DNA from: Nemertoderma westbladi
Lineage: Eukaryota > Animalia > Xenacoelomorpha
Direction of reading: 5' to 3'
NCBI GenBank assembly: GCA_032718475.1
Contig: JAUCBJ010007690.1
Coordinates: 1-64,000, forward strand
DNA length: 64,000 nucleotides
Shown here: positions 14,310 to 27,991 of the stretch, piece by piece
How the letters are laid out: each line of letters opens with the position of its first letter
How positions within the stretch are numbered: the stretch's first letter is position 1
Notes under the pieces: model-generated
Databases searched by the model: none
What the model was told of the DNA's origin: nothing
Seen by the model: only the letters and a program-made list of their open reading frames with translations
Translations under genes and position numbers: made by a program

Positions 14310-15124
14310 TATTACTCCCTAGAAATATTTAAATGGAATGGGCGAGTAATATCTCATTATGAGATACTACCCTAATGGGAAGTTGTGAATAAGTAGAATA
14401 GTGAATAAGTATCAACTTGATGCTTCAACACAAAGGTTGTTAAGACAATTTGTGTGGCATCGGATAGACAAAATAATTTATATCAGATATAAATAATTTG
14501 TGAATGTGCAAAAATGTGTGAAAACTGACATACTTAGCGTAATCAGTGTAAGCACATAGGAAAGGTAACATACTCAAATAATTACCTTCCCGACATCGTG
14601 TAGAAACATACATAATGTAATTTCTACTCAGTGAGTGAGAGGATCGATGTAATATCCAACCCGCGAAATGTGTGTGAATTCCAGACATGTGCAGATATGG
14701 ACATCGGAGCGGACAAACTAATATGTGTTAAATACAAAATTAGTGTGTTGAGAGTGCTTTAACTCAAGTTTAGAGTACATCAGTGGATTTATGACATCCA
14801 CCAAAATACAGGCAGGGTACACCACACCCACTAAGGAACCTAACATGTCTTCAAAGACACGAAGGCACCGTCCACACCTATGATATGCAAGCAATGGGCT
14901 TCATACATAGGATGGATTACTCTAGTAATCCGGGATAGGGAGCTCAATAAATTGAACTCACCAACTCCATACATTTTTTTTTGTCAAAACGTGAAAACAG
15001 GAAAATATTGTGATCGCGTCTAATACTGAGATTCTGGATTCAAATCCGGAATATCACAAAAAAACGGACAAAGAGACTGGATGTTAAGTTTAGATATCAT
15101 CCCCATCAGCATGGGTGATGACAT

Positions 15125-15132
15125 GGGGGGAG
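15125..15132 (+). promoter_or_regulatory. Polypurine tract
   Basis: GGGGGGAG directly abutting the TG of the 3' LTR. Confidence 0.85.
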
Positions 15133-15798
15133 TGTTAACGGATCCAGGTCGTCCCGTCCGCTATCACTTGGTCCCATCCAAATTACCACTCAATATATGA
15201 GTGCCAATATGACTCCCATTAAAGAGCCACTCCAATAATAGTAACACGTGGTACCAAAAAACCAATTTAGCGATACCCATACTGGCTGTTAACCCACAGG
15301 GTGTACTGTAGGGATCGCATTATTATTATAAGGTGCTAACATTATTGCCTTGCCAATTACTCATCCTTAGAGGTTCCAACAGTGGAGAGCCAATGACAAG
15401 CCACAAACCAAAACCAGCTGACACATATCTGATATAATCCTATGTGGCTACTGTACTAACCTCAGATGCACACCTCAGCATATCAAGGTGCAGTACACAT
15501 TTACGCCTGATAGTGTTGTATCGGTAGGTAGCCAGCAGACATTCAATACGGACCGAACTCAAATATTTATTACCAGTCAGTCATTAAGCTCCCGTTAACC
15601 TCCAAGGACGAGTAACCAGCACCACTACAGTTGCGTTGTGCAGTTACTAACGGCCATTATTACAATTAATCACCTACAAACTATTATCTGCTCCTTTTCT
15701 TATAACTCTGGTTACCTCCGCATACTTCAAAGCAGCAAAGCACCAACCTCAAGTGTGTCTCGGAGGCCCGTTTCGGACTGCACCCCGATCCGGGCACA
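15133..15798 (+). repeat. 3' LTR (666 bp)
   Basis: Near-identical to 9183-9848; followed by TSD CATTG. Confidence 0.97.
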
Positions 15799-18700
15799 CA
15801 TTGCATAATTAATTCCGGTAATTATTCATTATAACATTGCATAATTAATTCAGGTATTGATTCATTATAACATTGCATAATTAATTCAGGTATTGATTCA
15901 TTATAACATTGCATAATTAATTCAGGTATTGATTCATTGTAACATTGCATAATTAATTCAGGTATTGATTCATTATAACATTGCATAATTAATTCAGGTA
16001 TTGATTCATTATAACATTGCATAATTAATTCAGGTATTGATTCATTGTAACATTGCATAATAATTAATTCATGTGTTTATTCATTATAAAATTGCATAAT
16101 TAATTCAGGTATTGATTCATTATAACATTGCATAATTAATTCCGGTAATTATTCATTATAACATTGCATAATTAATTCAGGTATTGATTCATTATAACAT
16201 TGCATAATTAATTCAGGTATTGATTCATTGTAACATTGCATAATTAATTCAGGTTTTGATTCATTATAACATTGCATAATTAATTCAGGTATTGATTCAT
16301 TGTAACATTGCATAATTAATTCAGGTATTGATTCATTATAACATTGCATAATTAATTCAGGTATTGATTCATTGTAACATTGCATAATTAATTCAGGTTT
16401 TGATTCATTATAACATTGCATAATTAATTCAGGTATTGATTCATTGTAACATTGCATAATTAATTCTGGTATTGATTCATTGTAACATTGCATAATTAAT
16501 TCAGGTATTGATTCATTATAACATTGCATAATTAATTCAGGTATTGATTCATTGTAACATTGCATAATTAATTCAGGTTTTGATTCATTATAACATTGCA
16601 TAATTAATTCAGGTATTGATTCATTGTAACATTGCATAATTAATTCAGGTATTGATTCATTATAACATTGCATAATTAATTCAGGTATTGATTCATTGTA
16701 ACATTGCATAATTAATTCTGGTATTGATTCATTGTAACATTGTATAATAATTAATTCAGGTATTGATTCATTTATAACATTGAAAAATTAATTCTGGTAT
16801 TGATTAATTGTAACATTGTATAATAATTAATTCAGGTATTGATTCATTGTAACATTGCATAATTAATTCAGGTATTGATTCATTGTAACATTGCATAATT
16901 AATTCTGGTATTGATTCATTGTAACATTGTATAATAATTAATTCTGGTATCGATTCATTATAACATTGCATAATTAATTCAGGTATTGATTCATTGTAAC
17001 ATTGCATAATTAATTCTGGTATTGATTCATTATAACATTGCATAATTAATTCAGGTATTGATTCATTGTAACATTGCATAATTAATTCTGGTATTGATTC
17101 ATTATAACATTGCATAATTAATTCTGGTATTTATTCATTATAACATTGCATAATTAATTCAGGTATTGATTCATTATAACATTGCATAATTAATTCAGGT
17201 ATTGATTCATTGTAACATTGCATAATTAATTCAGGTATTGATTCATTATAACATTGCATAATTAATTCAGGTATTGATTCATTGTAACATTGCATAATTA
17301 ATTCAGGTATTGATTCATTATAACATTGCATAATTAATTCAGGTATTGATTCATTGTAACATTGCATAATTAATTCAGGTATTGATTCATTATAACATTG
17401 CATAATTAATTCAGGTATTGATTCATTGTAACATTGCATAATTAATTCAGGTATTGATTCATTATAACATTGCATAATTAATTCAGGTATTGATTCATTA
17501 TAACATTGCATAATTAATTCCGGTAATTATTCATTATAACATTGCATAATTAATTCAGGTATTGATTCATTATAACATTGCATAATTAATTCAGGTATTG
17601 ATTCATTATAACATTGCATAATTAATTCAGGTATTGATTCATTGTAACATTGCATAATTAATTCAGGTATTGATTCATTATAACATTGCATAATTAATTC
17701 AGGTATTGATTCATTATAACATTGCATAATTAATTCAGGTATTGATTCATTGTAACATTGCATAATAATTAATTCATGTGTTTATTCATTATAAAATTGC
17801 ATAATTAATTCAGGTATTGATTCATTATAACATTGCATAATTAATTCAGGTATTGATTCATTGTAACATTGCATAATTAATTCAGGTATTGATTCATTAT
17901 AACATTGCATAATTAATTCAGGTATTGATTCATTATAACATTGCATAATTAATTCAGGTATTGATTCATTATAACATTGCATAATTAATTCAGGTATTGA
18001 TTCATTGTAACATTGCATAATTAATTCAGGTATTGATTCATTGTAACATTGCATAATTAATTCAGGTATTGATTCATTATAACATTGCATAATTAATTCT
18101 GGTATTGATTCATTATAACATTGCATAATTAATTCTGGTATTGATTCATTATAACATTGCATAATTAATTCAGGTATTGATTCATTGTAACATTGCATAA
18201 TAATTAATTCATGTGTTTATTCATTATAAAATTGCATAATTAATTCAGGTATTGATTCATTGTAACATTGCATAATTAATTCAGGTATTGATTCATTATA
18301 ACATTGCATAATTAATTCAGGTATTGATTCATTATAACATTGCATAATTAATTCTGGTATTGATTCATTATAACATTGCATAATTAATTCAGGTATTGAT
18401 TCATTGTAACATTGCATAATAATTAATTCATGTGTTTATTCATTATAAAATTGCATAATTAATTCAGGTATTGATTCATTATAACATTGCATAATTAATT
18501 CAGGTATTGATTCATTGTAACATTGCATAATAATTAATTCATGTGTTTATTCATTATAAAATTGCATAATTAATTCAGGTATTGATTCATTATAACATTG
18601 CATAATTAATTCAGGTTTTGATTCATTGTAACATTGTATAATAATTAATTCAGGTATTGATTCATTATAACATTGCATAATTAATTCAGGTATTGATTCA

Positions 18701-21700
18701 TTATAACATTGCATAATTAATTCCGGTAATTATTCATTATAACATTGCATAATTAATTCAGGTATTGATTCATTATAACATTGCATAATTAATTCAGGTA
18801 TTGATTCATTGTAACATTGCATAATTAATTCAGGTATTGATTCATTATAACATTGCATAATTAATTCAGGTATTGATTCATTGTAACATTGCATAATTAA
18901 TTCAGGTATTGATTCATTATAACATTGCATAATTAATTCAGGTATTGATTCATTATAACATTGCATAATTAATTCAGGTATTGATTCATTGTAACATTGC
19001 ATAATAATTAATTCATGTGTTTATTCATTATAAAATTGCATAATTAATTCAGGTATTGATTCATTATAACATTGCATAATTAATTCAGGTATTGATTCAT
19101 TGTAACATTGCATAATTAATTCAGGTATTGATTCATTATAACATTGCATAATTAATTCAGGTATTGATTCATTATAACATTGCATAATTAATTCAGGTAT
19201 TGATTTATTGTAACATTGCATAATAATTAATTCATGTGTTTATTCATTATAAAATTGCATAATTAATTCAGGTATTGATTCATTATAACATTGCATAATT
19301 AATTCAGGTATTGATTCATTGTAACATTGCATAATAATTAATTCATGTGTTTATTCATTATAAAATTGCATAATTAATTCAGGTATTGATTCATTATAAC
19401 ATTGCATAATTAATTCAGGTTTTGATTCATTGTAACATTGTATAATAATTAATTCAGGTATTGATTCATTATAACATTGCATAATTAATTCAGGTATTGA
19501 TTCATTATAACATTGCATAATTAATTCCGGTAATTATTCATTATAACATTGCATAATTAATTCAGGTATTGATTCATTGTAACATTGTATAATAATTAAT
19601 TCAGGTATTGATTCATTATAACATTGCATAATTAATTCAGGTATTGATTCATTGTAACATTGCATAATTAATTCAGGTATTGATTCATTATAACATTGCA
19701 TAATTAATTCAGGTATTGATTCATTATAACATTGCATAATTAATTCAGGTATTGATTCATTGTAACATTGCATAATTAATTCAGGTATTGATTCATTATA
19801 ACATTGCATAATTAATTCAGGTATTGATTCATTTATAACATTAAAAATTAATTCAGGTATTGATTCATTGTAACATTGCATAATAATTACTTCAGGTGTT
19901 TATTCATTATAACATTGCATAACTAATTCAGGTATTGATTCATTGTAACATTGCATAATTAATTCAGGTATTGATTCATTTATAACATTAAAAATTAATT
20001 CAGGTATTGATTCATTGTAACATTGCATAATTAATTCAGGTATTGATTCATTTATAACATTAAAAATTAATTCAGGTATTGATTCATTGTAACATTGCAT
20101 AATAATTACTTCAGGTGTTTATTCATTATAACATTGCATAATTAATTCTGGTATTGATTCATTGTAACATTGTATAATAATTAATTCAGGTATTGATTCA
20201 TTATAACATTGCATAATTAATTCAGGTATTGATTCATTGTAACATTGCATAATTAATTCAGGTATTGATTCATTATAACATTGCATAATTAATTCAGGTA
20301 TTGATTCATTATAACATTGCATAATTAATTCAGGTATTGATTCATTGTAACATTGCATAATTAATTCAGGTATTGATTCATTATAACATTGCATAATTAA
20401 TTCAGGTATTGATTCATTTATAACATTAAAAATTAATTCAGGTATTGATTCATTGTAACATTGCATAATAATTACTTCAGGTGTTTATTCATTATAACAT
20501 TGCATAACTAATTCAGGTATTGATTCATTGTAACATTGCATAATAATTAATTCAGGCAATAATTCAATTATAACATTGAAAAATTAATTCTGGTTTTGAT
20601 TCATTGTAACATTGCATAATAATTAATTCAGGTATTGATTCATTTATAACATTGAAAAATTAATTCTGGTATTGATTCATTGTAACATTGCATAATAATT
20701 AATTCAGGTATTGATTCATTTATTATATTGAAAAATTATTACAGGTATTGATTCCTTGTAACAATGCATAATAATTAATTCAGGTATTGATTCATTTATT
20801 ATATTGAAAAATTATTACAGGTATTGATTCCTTGTAACAATGCATAATAATTAATTCAGGTATTGATTCATTGTAACATTGCATAATTAATTCAGGTATT
20901 GATTCATTATAACATTGCATAATTAATTCAGGTATTGATTCATTGTAACATTGCATAATTAATTCAGGTATTGATTCATTATAACATTGCATAATTAATT
21001 CAGGTATTGATTCATTATAACATTGCATAATTAATTCAGGTATTGATTCATTGTAACATTGCATAATAATTAATTCATGTGTTTATTCATTATAAAATTG
21101 CATAATTAATTCAGGTATTGATTCATTATAACATTGCATAATTAATTCCGGTAATTATTCATTATAACATTGCATAATTAATTCAGGTATTGATTCATTA
21201 TAACATTGCATAATTAATTCAGGTATTGATTCATTGTAACATTGCATAATTAATTCAGGTTTTGATTCATTATAACATTGCATAATTAATTCAGGTATTG
21301 ATTCATTGTAACATTGCATAATTAATTCAGGTATTGATTCATTATAACATTGCATAATTAATTCAGGTATTGATTCATTGTAACATTGCATAATTAATTC
21401 AGGTTTTGATTCATTATAACATTGCATAATTAATTCAGGTATTGATTCATTGTAACATTGCATAATTAATTCTGGTATTGATTCATTGTAACATTGCATA
21501 ATTAATTCAGGTATTGATTCATTATAACATTACATAATTAATTCAGGTATTGATTCATTGTAACATTGCATAATTAATTCAGGTTTTGATTCATTATAAC
21601 ATTGCATAATTAATTCAGGTATTGATTCATTGTAACATTGCATAATTAATTCAGGTATTGATTCATTATAACATTGCATAATTAATTCAGTTATTGATTC

Positions 21701-24700
21701 ATTGTAACATTGCATAATTAATTCTGGTATTGATTCATTGTAACATTGTATAATAATTAATTCAGGTATTGATTCATTTATAACATTGAAAAATTAATTC
21801 TGGTATTGATTCATTGTAACATTGTATAATAATTAATTCAGGTATTGATTCATTGTAACATTGCATAATTAATTCAGGTATTGATTCATTGTAACATTGC
21901 ATAATTAATTCTGGTATTGATTCATTGTAACATTGTATAATAATTAATTCTGGTATTGATTCATTATAACATTGCATAATTAATTCAGGTATTGATTCAT
22001 TGTAACATTGCATAATTAATTCTGGTATTGATTCATTATAACATTGCATAATTAATTCAGGTATTGATTCATTGTAACATTGCATAATTAATTCTGGTAT
22101 TGATTCATTATAACATTGCATAATTAATTCTGGTATTTATTCATTATAACATTGCATAATTAATTCAGGTATTGATTCATTATAACATTGCATAATTAAT
22201 TCAGGTATTGATTCATTGTAACATTGCATAATTAATTCAGGTATTGATTCATTATAACATTGCATAATTAATTCAGGTATTGATTCATTGTAACATTGCA
22301 TAATTAATTCAGGTATTGATTCATTATAACATTGCATAATTAATTCAGGTATTGATTCATTGTAACATTGCATAATTAATTCAGGTATTGATTCATTATA
22401 ACATTGCATAATTAATTCAGGTATTGATTCATTGTAACATTGCATAATTAATTCAGGTATTGATTCATTATAACATTGCATAATTAATTCAGGTATTGAT
22501 TCATTATAACATTGCATAATTAATTCCGGTAATTATTCATTATAACATTGCATAATTAATTCAGGTATTGATTCATTATAACATTGCATAATTAATTCAG
22601 GTATTGATTCATTATAACATTGCATAATTAATTCAGGTATTGATTCATTGTAACATTGCATAATTAATTCAGGTATTGATTCATTATAACATTGCATAAT
22701 TAATTCAGGTATTGATTCATTATAACATTGCATAATTAATTCAGGTATTGATTCATTGTAACATTGCATAATAATTAATTCATGTGTTTATTCATTATAA
22801 AATTGCATAATTAATTCAGGTATTGATTCATTATAACATTGCATAATTAATTCAGGTATTGATTCATTGTAACATTGCATAATTAATTCAGGTATTGATT
22901 CATTATAACATTGCATAATTAATTCAGGTATTGATTCATTATAACATTGCATAATTAATTCAGGTATTGATTCATTATAACATTGCATAATTAATTCAGG
23001 TATTGATTCATTGTAACATTGCATAATTAATTCAGGTATTGATTCATTGTAACATTGCATAATTAATTCAGGTATTGATTCATTATAACATTGCATAATT
23101 AATTCTGGTATTGATTCATTATAACATTGCATAATTAATTCTGGTATTGATTCATTATAACATTGCATAATTAATTCAGGTATTGATTCATTGTAACATT
23201 GCATAATAATTAATTCATGTGTTTATTCATTATAAAATTGCATAATTAATTCAGGTATTGATTCATTGTAACATTGCATAATTAATTCAGGTATTGATTC
23301 ATTATAACATTGCATAATTAATTCAGGTATTGATTCATTATAACATTGCATAATTAATTCTGGTATTGATTCATTATAACATTGCATAATTAATTCAGGT
23401 ATTGATTCATTGTAACATTGCATAATAATTAATTCATGTGTTTATTCATTATAAAATTGCATAATTAATTCAGGTATTGATTCATTATAACATTGCATAA
23501 TTAATTCAGGTATTGATTCATTGTAACATTGCATAATAATTAATTCATGTGTTTATTCATTATAAAATTGCATAATTAATTCAGGTATTGATTCATTATA
23601 ACATTGCATAATTAATTCAGGTTTTGATTCATTGTAACATTGTATAATAATTAATTCAGGTATTGATTCATTATAACATTGCATAATTAATTCAGGTATT
23701 GATTCATTATAACATTGCATAATTAATTCCGGTAATTATTCATTATAACATTGCATAATTAATTCAGGTATTGATTCATTATAACATTGCATAATTAATT
23801 CAGGTATTGATTCATTGTAACATTGCATAATTAATTCAGGTATTGATTCATTATAACATTGCATAATTAATTCAGGTATTGATTCATTGTAACATTGCAT
23901 AATTAATTCAGGTATTGATTCATTATAACATTGCATAATTAATTCAGGTATTGATTCATTATAACATTGCATAATTAATTCAGGTATTGATTCATTGTAA
24001 CATTGCATAATAATTAATTCATGTGTTTATTCATTATAAAATTGCATAATTAATTCAGGTATTGATTCATTATAACATTGCATAATTAATTCAGGTATTG
24101 ATTCATTGTAACATTGCATAATTAATTCAGGTATTGATTCATTATAACATTGCATAATTAATTCAGGTATTGATTCATTATAACATTGCATAATTAATTC
24201 AGGTATTGATTTATTGTAACATTGCATAATAATTAATTCATGTGTTTATTCATTATAAAATTGCATAATTAATTCAGGTATTGATTCATTATAACATTGC
24301 ATAATTAATTCAGGTATTGATTCATTGTAACATTGCATAATAATTAATTCATGTGTTTATTCATTATAAAATTGCATAATTAATTCAGGTATTGATTCAT
24401 TATAACATTGCATAATTAATTCAGGTTTTGATTCATTGTAACATTGTATAATAATTAATTCAGGTATTGATTCATTATAACATTGCATAATTAATTCAGG
24501 TATTGATTCATTATAACATTGCATAATTAATTCCGGTAATTATTCATTATAACATTGCATAATTAATTCAGGTATTGATTCATTGTAACATTGTATAATA
24601 ATTAATTCAGGTATTGATTCATTATAACATTGCATAATTAATTCAGGTATTGATTCATTGTAACATTGCATAATTAATTCAGGTATTGATTCATTATAAC

Positions 24701-27266
24701 ATTGCATAATTAATTCAGGTATTGATTCATTATAACATTGCATAATTAATTCAGGTATTGATTCATTGTAACATTGCATAATTAATTCAGGTATTGATTC
24801 ATTATAACATTGCATAATTAATTCAGGTATTGATTCATTTATAACATTAAAAATTAATTCAGGTATTGATTCATTGTAACATTGCATAATAATTACTTCA
24901 GGTGTTTATTCATTATAACATTGCATAACTAATTCAGGTATTGATTCATTGTAACATTGCATAATTAATTCAGGTATTGATTCATTTATAACATTAAAAA
25001 TTAATTCAGGTATTGATTCATTGTAACATTGCATAATTAATTCAGGTATTGATTCATTTATAACATTAAAAATTAATTCAGGTATTGATTCATTGTAACA
25101 TTGCATAATAATTACTTCAGGTGTTTATTCATTATAACATTGCATAATTAATTCTGGTATTGATTCATTGTAACATTGTATAATAATTAATTCAGGTATT
25201 GATTCATTATAACATTGCATAATTAATTCAGGTATTGATTCATTGTAACATTGCATAATTAATTCAGGTATTGATTCATTATAACATTGCATAATTAATT
25301 CAGGTATTGATTCATTATAACATTGCATAATTAATTCAGGTATTGATTCATTGTAACATTGCATAATTAATTCAGGTATTGATTCATTATAACATTGCAT
25401 AATTAATTCAGGTATTGATTCATTTATAACATTAAAAATTAATTCAGGTATTGATTCATTGTAACATTGCATAATAATTACTTCAGGTGTTTATTCATTA
25501 TAACATTGCATAACTAATTCAGGTATTGATTCATTGTAACATTGCATAATAATTAATTCAGGCAATAATTCAATTATAACATTGAAAAATTAATTCTGGT
25601 TTTGATTCATTGTAACATTGCATAATAATTAATTCAGGTATTGATTCATTTATAACATTGAAAAATTAATTCTGGTATTGATTCATTGTAACATTGCATA
25701 ATAATTAATTCAGGTATTGATTCATTTATTATATTGAAAAATTATTACAGGTATTGATTCCTTGTAACAATGCATAATAATTAATTCAGGTATTGATTCA
25801 TTTATTATATTGAAAAATTATTACAGGTATTGATTCCTTGTAACAATGCATAATAATTAATTCAGGTATTGATTCATTGTAACAATGCATAATAATTAAT
25901 TCAGGTATTGATTCATTGTAACAATGCATAATAATTAATTCAGGTATTGATTCATTGTAACATTGCATAATAATTAATTCAGGCAATAATTCAATTATAA
26001 CATTGAAAAATTAATTCTGTTTTTGATTCATTGTAACATTGCATAATAATTATTTCAGGTATTGATTCATTTATAACATTGAAAAATTAATTCTGGTATT
26101 GATTCATTGTAACATTGCATAATAATTAATTCAGGTATTGATTCATTTATTATATTGAAAAATTATTACAGGTATTGATATCTTGTAACAATGCATAATA
26201 ATTAATTCAGGTATTGATTCATTTATAACATTGAAAAATTAATTCAGGTATTGATTCCTTGTCATTGCATAATTAATTCTGGTAATTATTCATTGTAACA
26301 TTGTATAATAATTAATTCAGGTATTGATTCATTTATAACATTGAAAAATTAATTCTGGTATTGATTCATTGTAACATTGCATAATAATTAATTCAGGTAT
26401 TGTTTCATATATAAGATTGAAAAATTAATTCAGATATTGATTCATTGTAAAATTGCATAATAATTAATTCAGGTGTTTATTCATTATAACATTGCATAAT
26501 TAATTCAGGTATTGATTCATTATAACATTGCATAATTAATTCAGGTATTGATTCATTGTAACATTGCATAATTAATTCTGGTATTGATTCATTATAACAT
26601 TGCACAATTAATTCAGGTTTTGATTCATTGTAACATTGCATAATTAATTCTGGTATTGATTCATTATTACATTGCATAATAATTAATTCTGGTATTGATT
26701 CATTGTAACATTGCATAATTAATTCAGATATTGATTCATTATAACATTGCATAATTAATTCAGGTATTGATTCATTGTAACATTGCATAATTAATTCAGG
26801 TATTGATTCATTATAACATTGCATAATTAATTCAGGTATTTATTCATTTATAACATTGTATAATTAATTCTGGTATTGATTCATTTATAACATTGCATAA
26901 TTAATTCCGGCAATTATTCATTATAACATTGCATAATTAATTCTGGTATTGATTAATTGTAATATTGGATAATTAATTCAGGTATTGATTCATTTATAAC
27001 ATTAAAAATTAATTCAGGTATTGATTCATTGTAACATTGCATAATAATTACTTCAGGTGTTTATTCATTATAACATTGCATAACTAATTCAGGTATTGAT
27101 TCATTGTAACATTGCATAATAATTAATTCAGGCAATAATTCAATTATAACATTGAAAAATTAATTCTGGTTTTGATTCATTGTAACATTGCATAATAATT
27201 AATTCAGGTATTGATTCATTTATAACATTGAAAAATTAATTCTGGTATTGATTCATTGTAACATTG
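15799..27266. repeat. 36-bp satellite, block B, containing a 5006-bp tandem duplication
   Basis: Same monomer with 39-bp (+AAT), CATGTGTTTA and GAAAAATT variants. Variant pattern and ORF-track breakpoints recur at +5006 (e.g. 17131/22137, 19900/24906, 20792/25798). Confidence 0.99.
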
Positions 27267-27824
27267 GTCTTCGGGGACTTAATCGCGTCCGCGTTCGGGG
27301 GCTCGTGCGTCCAGCGTGAGGTTACGCTGGCGTCCGGCTACCTGGACAGACAGGGCCGCGAGGTGGGTGGAGTAAGGGCGGACCTTCTGGCGAGGGGAGT
27401 CTGGGCCGAACAGAGGGTGGCGTCATTTGACATTGCGGTTGTAAACGCTGACGCCCCCTCTTATGTTAACCGGTCCCTAGACTCCGTTCTCCAGCAGAGG
27501 GTCCGCGCCAAGAAGGTACACTATGCCGCAGTGTGCGAGGACCGTCGGATCTCCTTCACCCCCCTAGTCGGAACCACCGACGGGGTGTGGTGCAAGGAGG
27601 CCGATATCCTAATCAGCCACCTCGCGGAGACCCTGGTGGCCCGGCAGCGTGGGATGCGCGAGCGAGGCCTAGCCTGTGTGCTGGGCGGAGTGCGGAGGCG
27701 CCTATTGTTTGCGCTGCTGCGCTCAAACTCCCTGTGCCTGCGTGGCGGTAGGCGGCCATGGAGGGCGCTCGGGTTTGGGGACGGTGCCGGTCTGCGGGGG
27801 TTTGACCTCCAAGACCGGTACTGA
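27267..27824 (+). CDS. C-terminal RLE (PD-(D/E)xK-type) endonuclease fragment, no true start
   Basis: RADLLARGVW...SFDIAVVNADAPSY...KKVHY...FTPLVGTTDGVW...RLLFALLRSNSLCLRGGR fits the R-x-D...D-x-x-V...K-x-x-x-Y...F-x-P pattern of CRE-like elements. The ORF track's TTG start lies in the satellite. Confidence 0.8.
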   Translation, partial: VFGDLIASAFGGSCVQREVTLASGYLDRQGREVGGVRADLLARGVWAEQRVASFDIAVVNADAPSYVNRSLDSVLQQRVRAKKVHYAAVCEDRRISFTPLVGTTDGVWCKEADILISHLAETLVARQRGMRERGLACVLGGVRRRLLFALLRSNSLCLRGGRRPWRALGFGDGAGLRGFDLQDRY

Positions 27825-27991
27825 ATCCAAGTTTTAGACTTGTGTTTGGTGGAGGGATGTAAAAAATTCTTACTAAATTTAATTTTGGTGGTGGTGGAAA
27901 TTAAAATTAAAAATTGTATTTGACTTTTTATTAATTATAATTATTGCTATAATTAAATTATTGGTATTAATAAATTTCACTTAGAATAATA
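27267..27991 (+). mobile_element. 5'-truncated non-LTR retrotransposon, CRE-like clade (restriction-like endonuclease)
   Basis: GC-rich coding fragment, AT-rich 3' UTR, AATAAA at 27969-27974, short (AAT)n tail, 16-bp TSD ATTCATTGTAACATTG (27251-27266, 27992-28007). An empty paralogous site near 25681 has only one copy. Confidence 0.85.

Larger units (their letters stand above)
9183..15798 (+). mobile_element. BEL/Pao-type LTR retrotransposon, internally deleted (no gag/protease), recent insertion
   Basis: Direct-repeat LTRs TGTTAACG...GGGCACA at 9183-9848 and 15133-15798; 5-bp TSD CATTG (9178-9182, 15799-15803); PPT GGGGGGAG abuts the right LTR; internal ORF has BEL-type RT-RNase H-integrase order. 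Confidence 0.95.

Noticed and set aside
9688-14688. Short ORFs overlapping the LTR, antisense to pol, or in the 3' region (possible env or accessory gene)
   Set aside because: All under 140 aa with no recognisable motifs; best explained as shadow ORFs. No env-sized frame in 13500-15130.
9183-15798. Hammerhead ribozyme (retrozyme-like) in the LTR or 3' region
   Set aside because: No CUGANGA...GAAA core with flanking stems found by eye; a covariance-model search would be needed to exclude it.
27533-27751. 72-aa alternative-frame ORF
   Set aside because: Overlaps the RLE frame in GC-rich DNA; no motifs.
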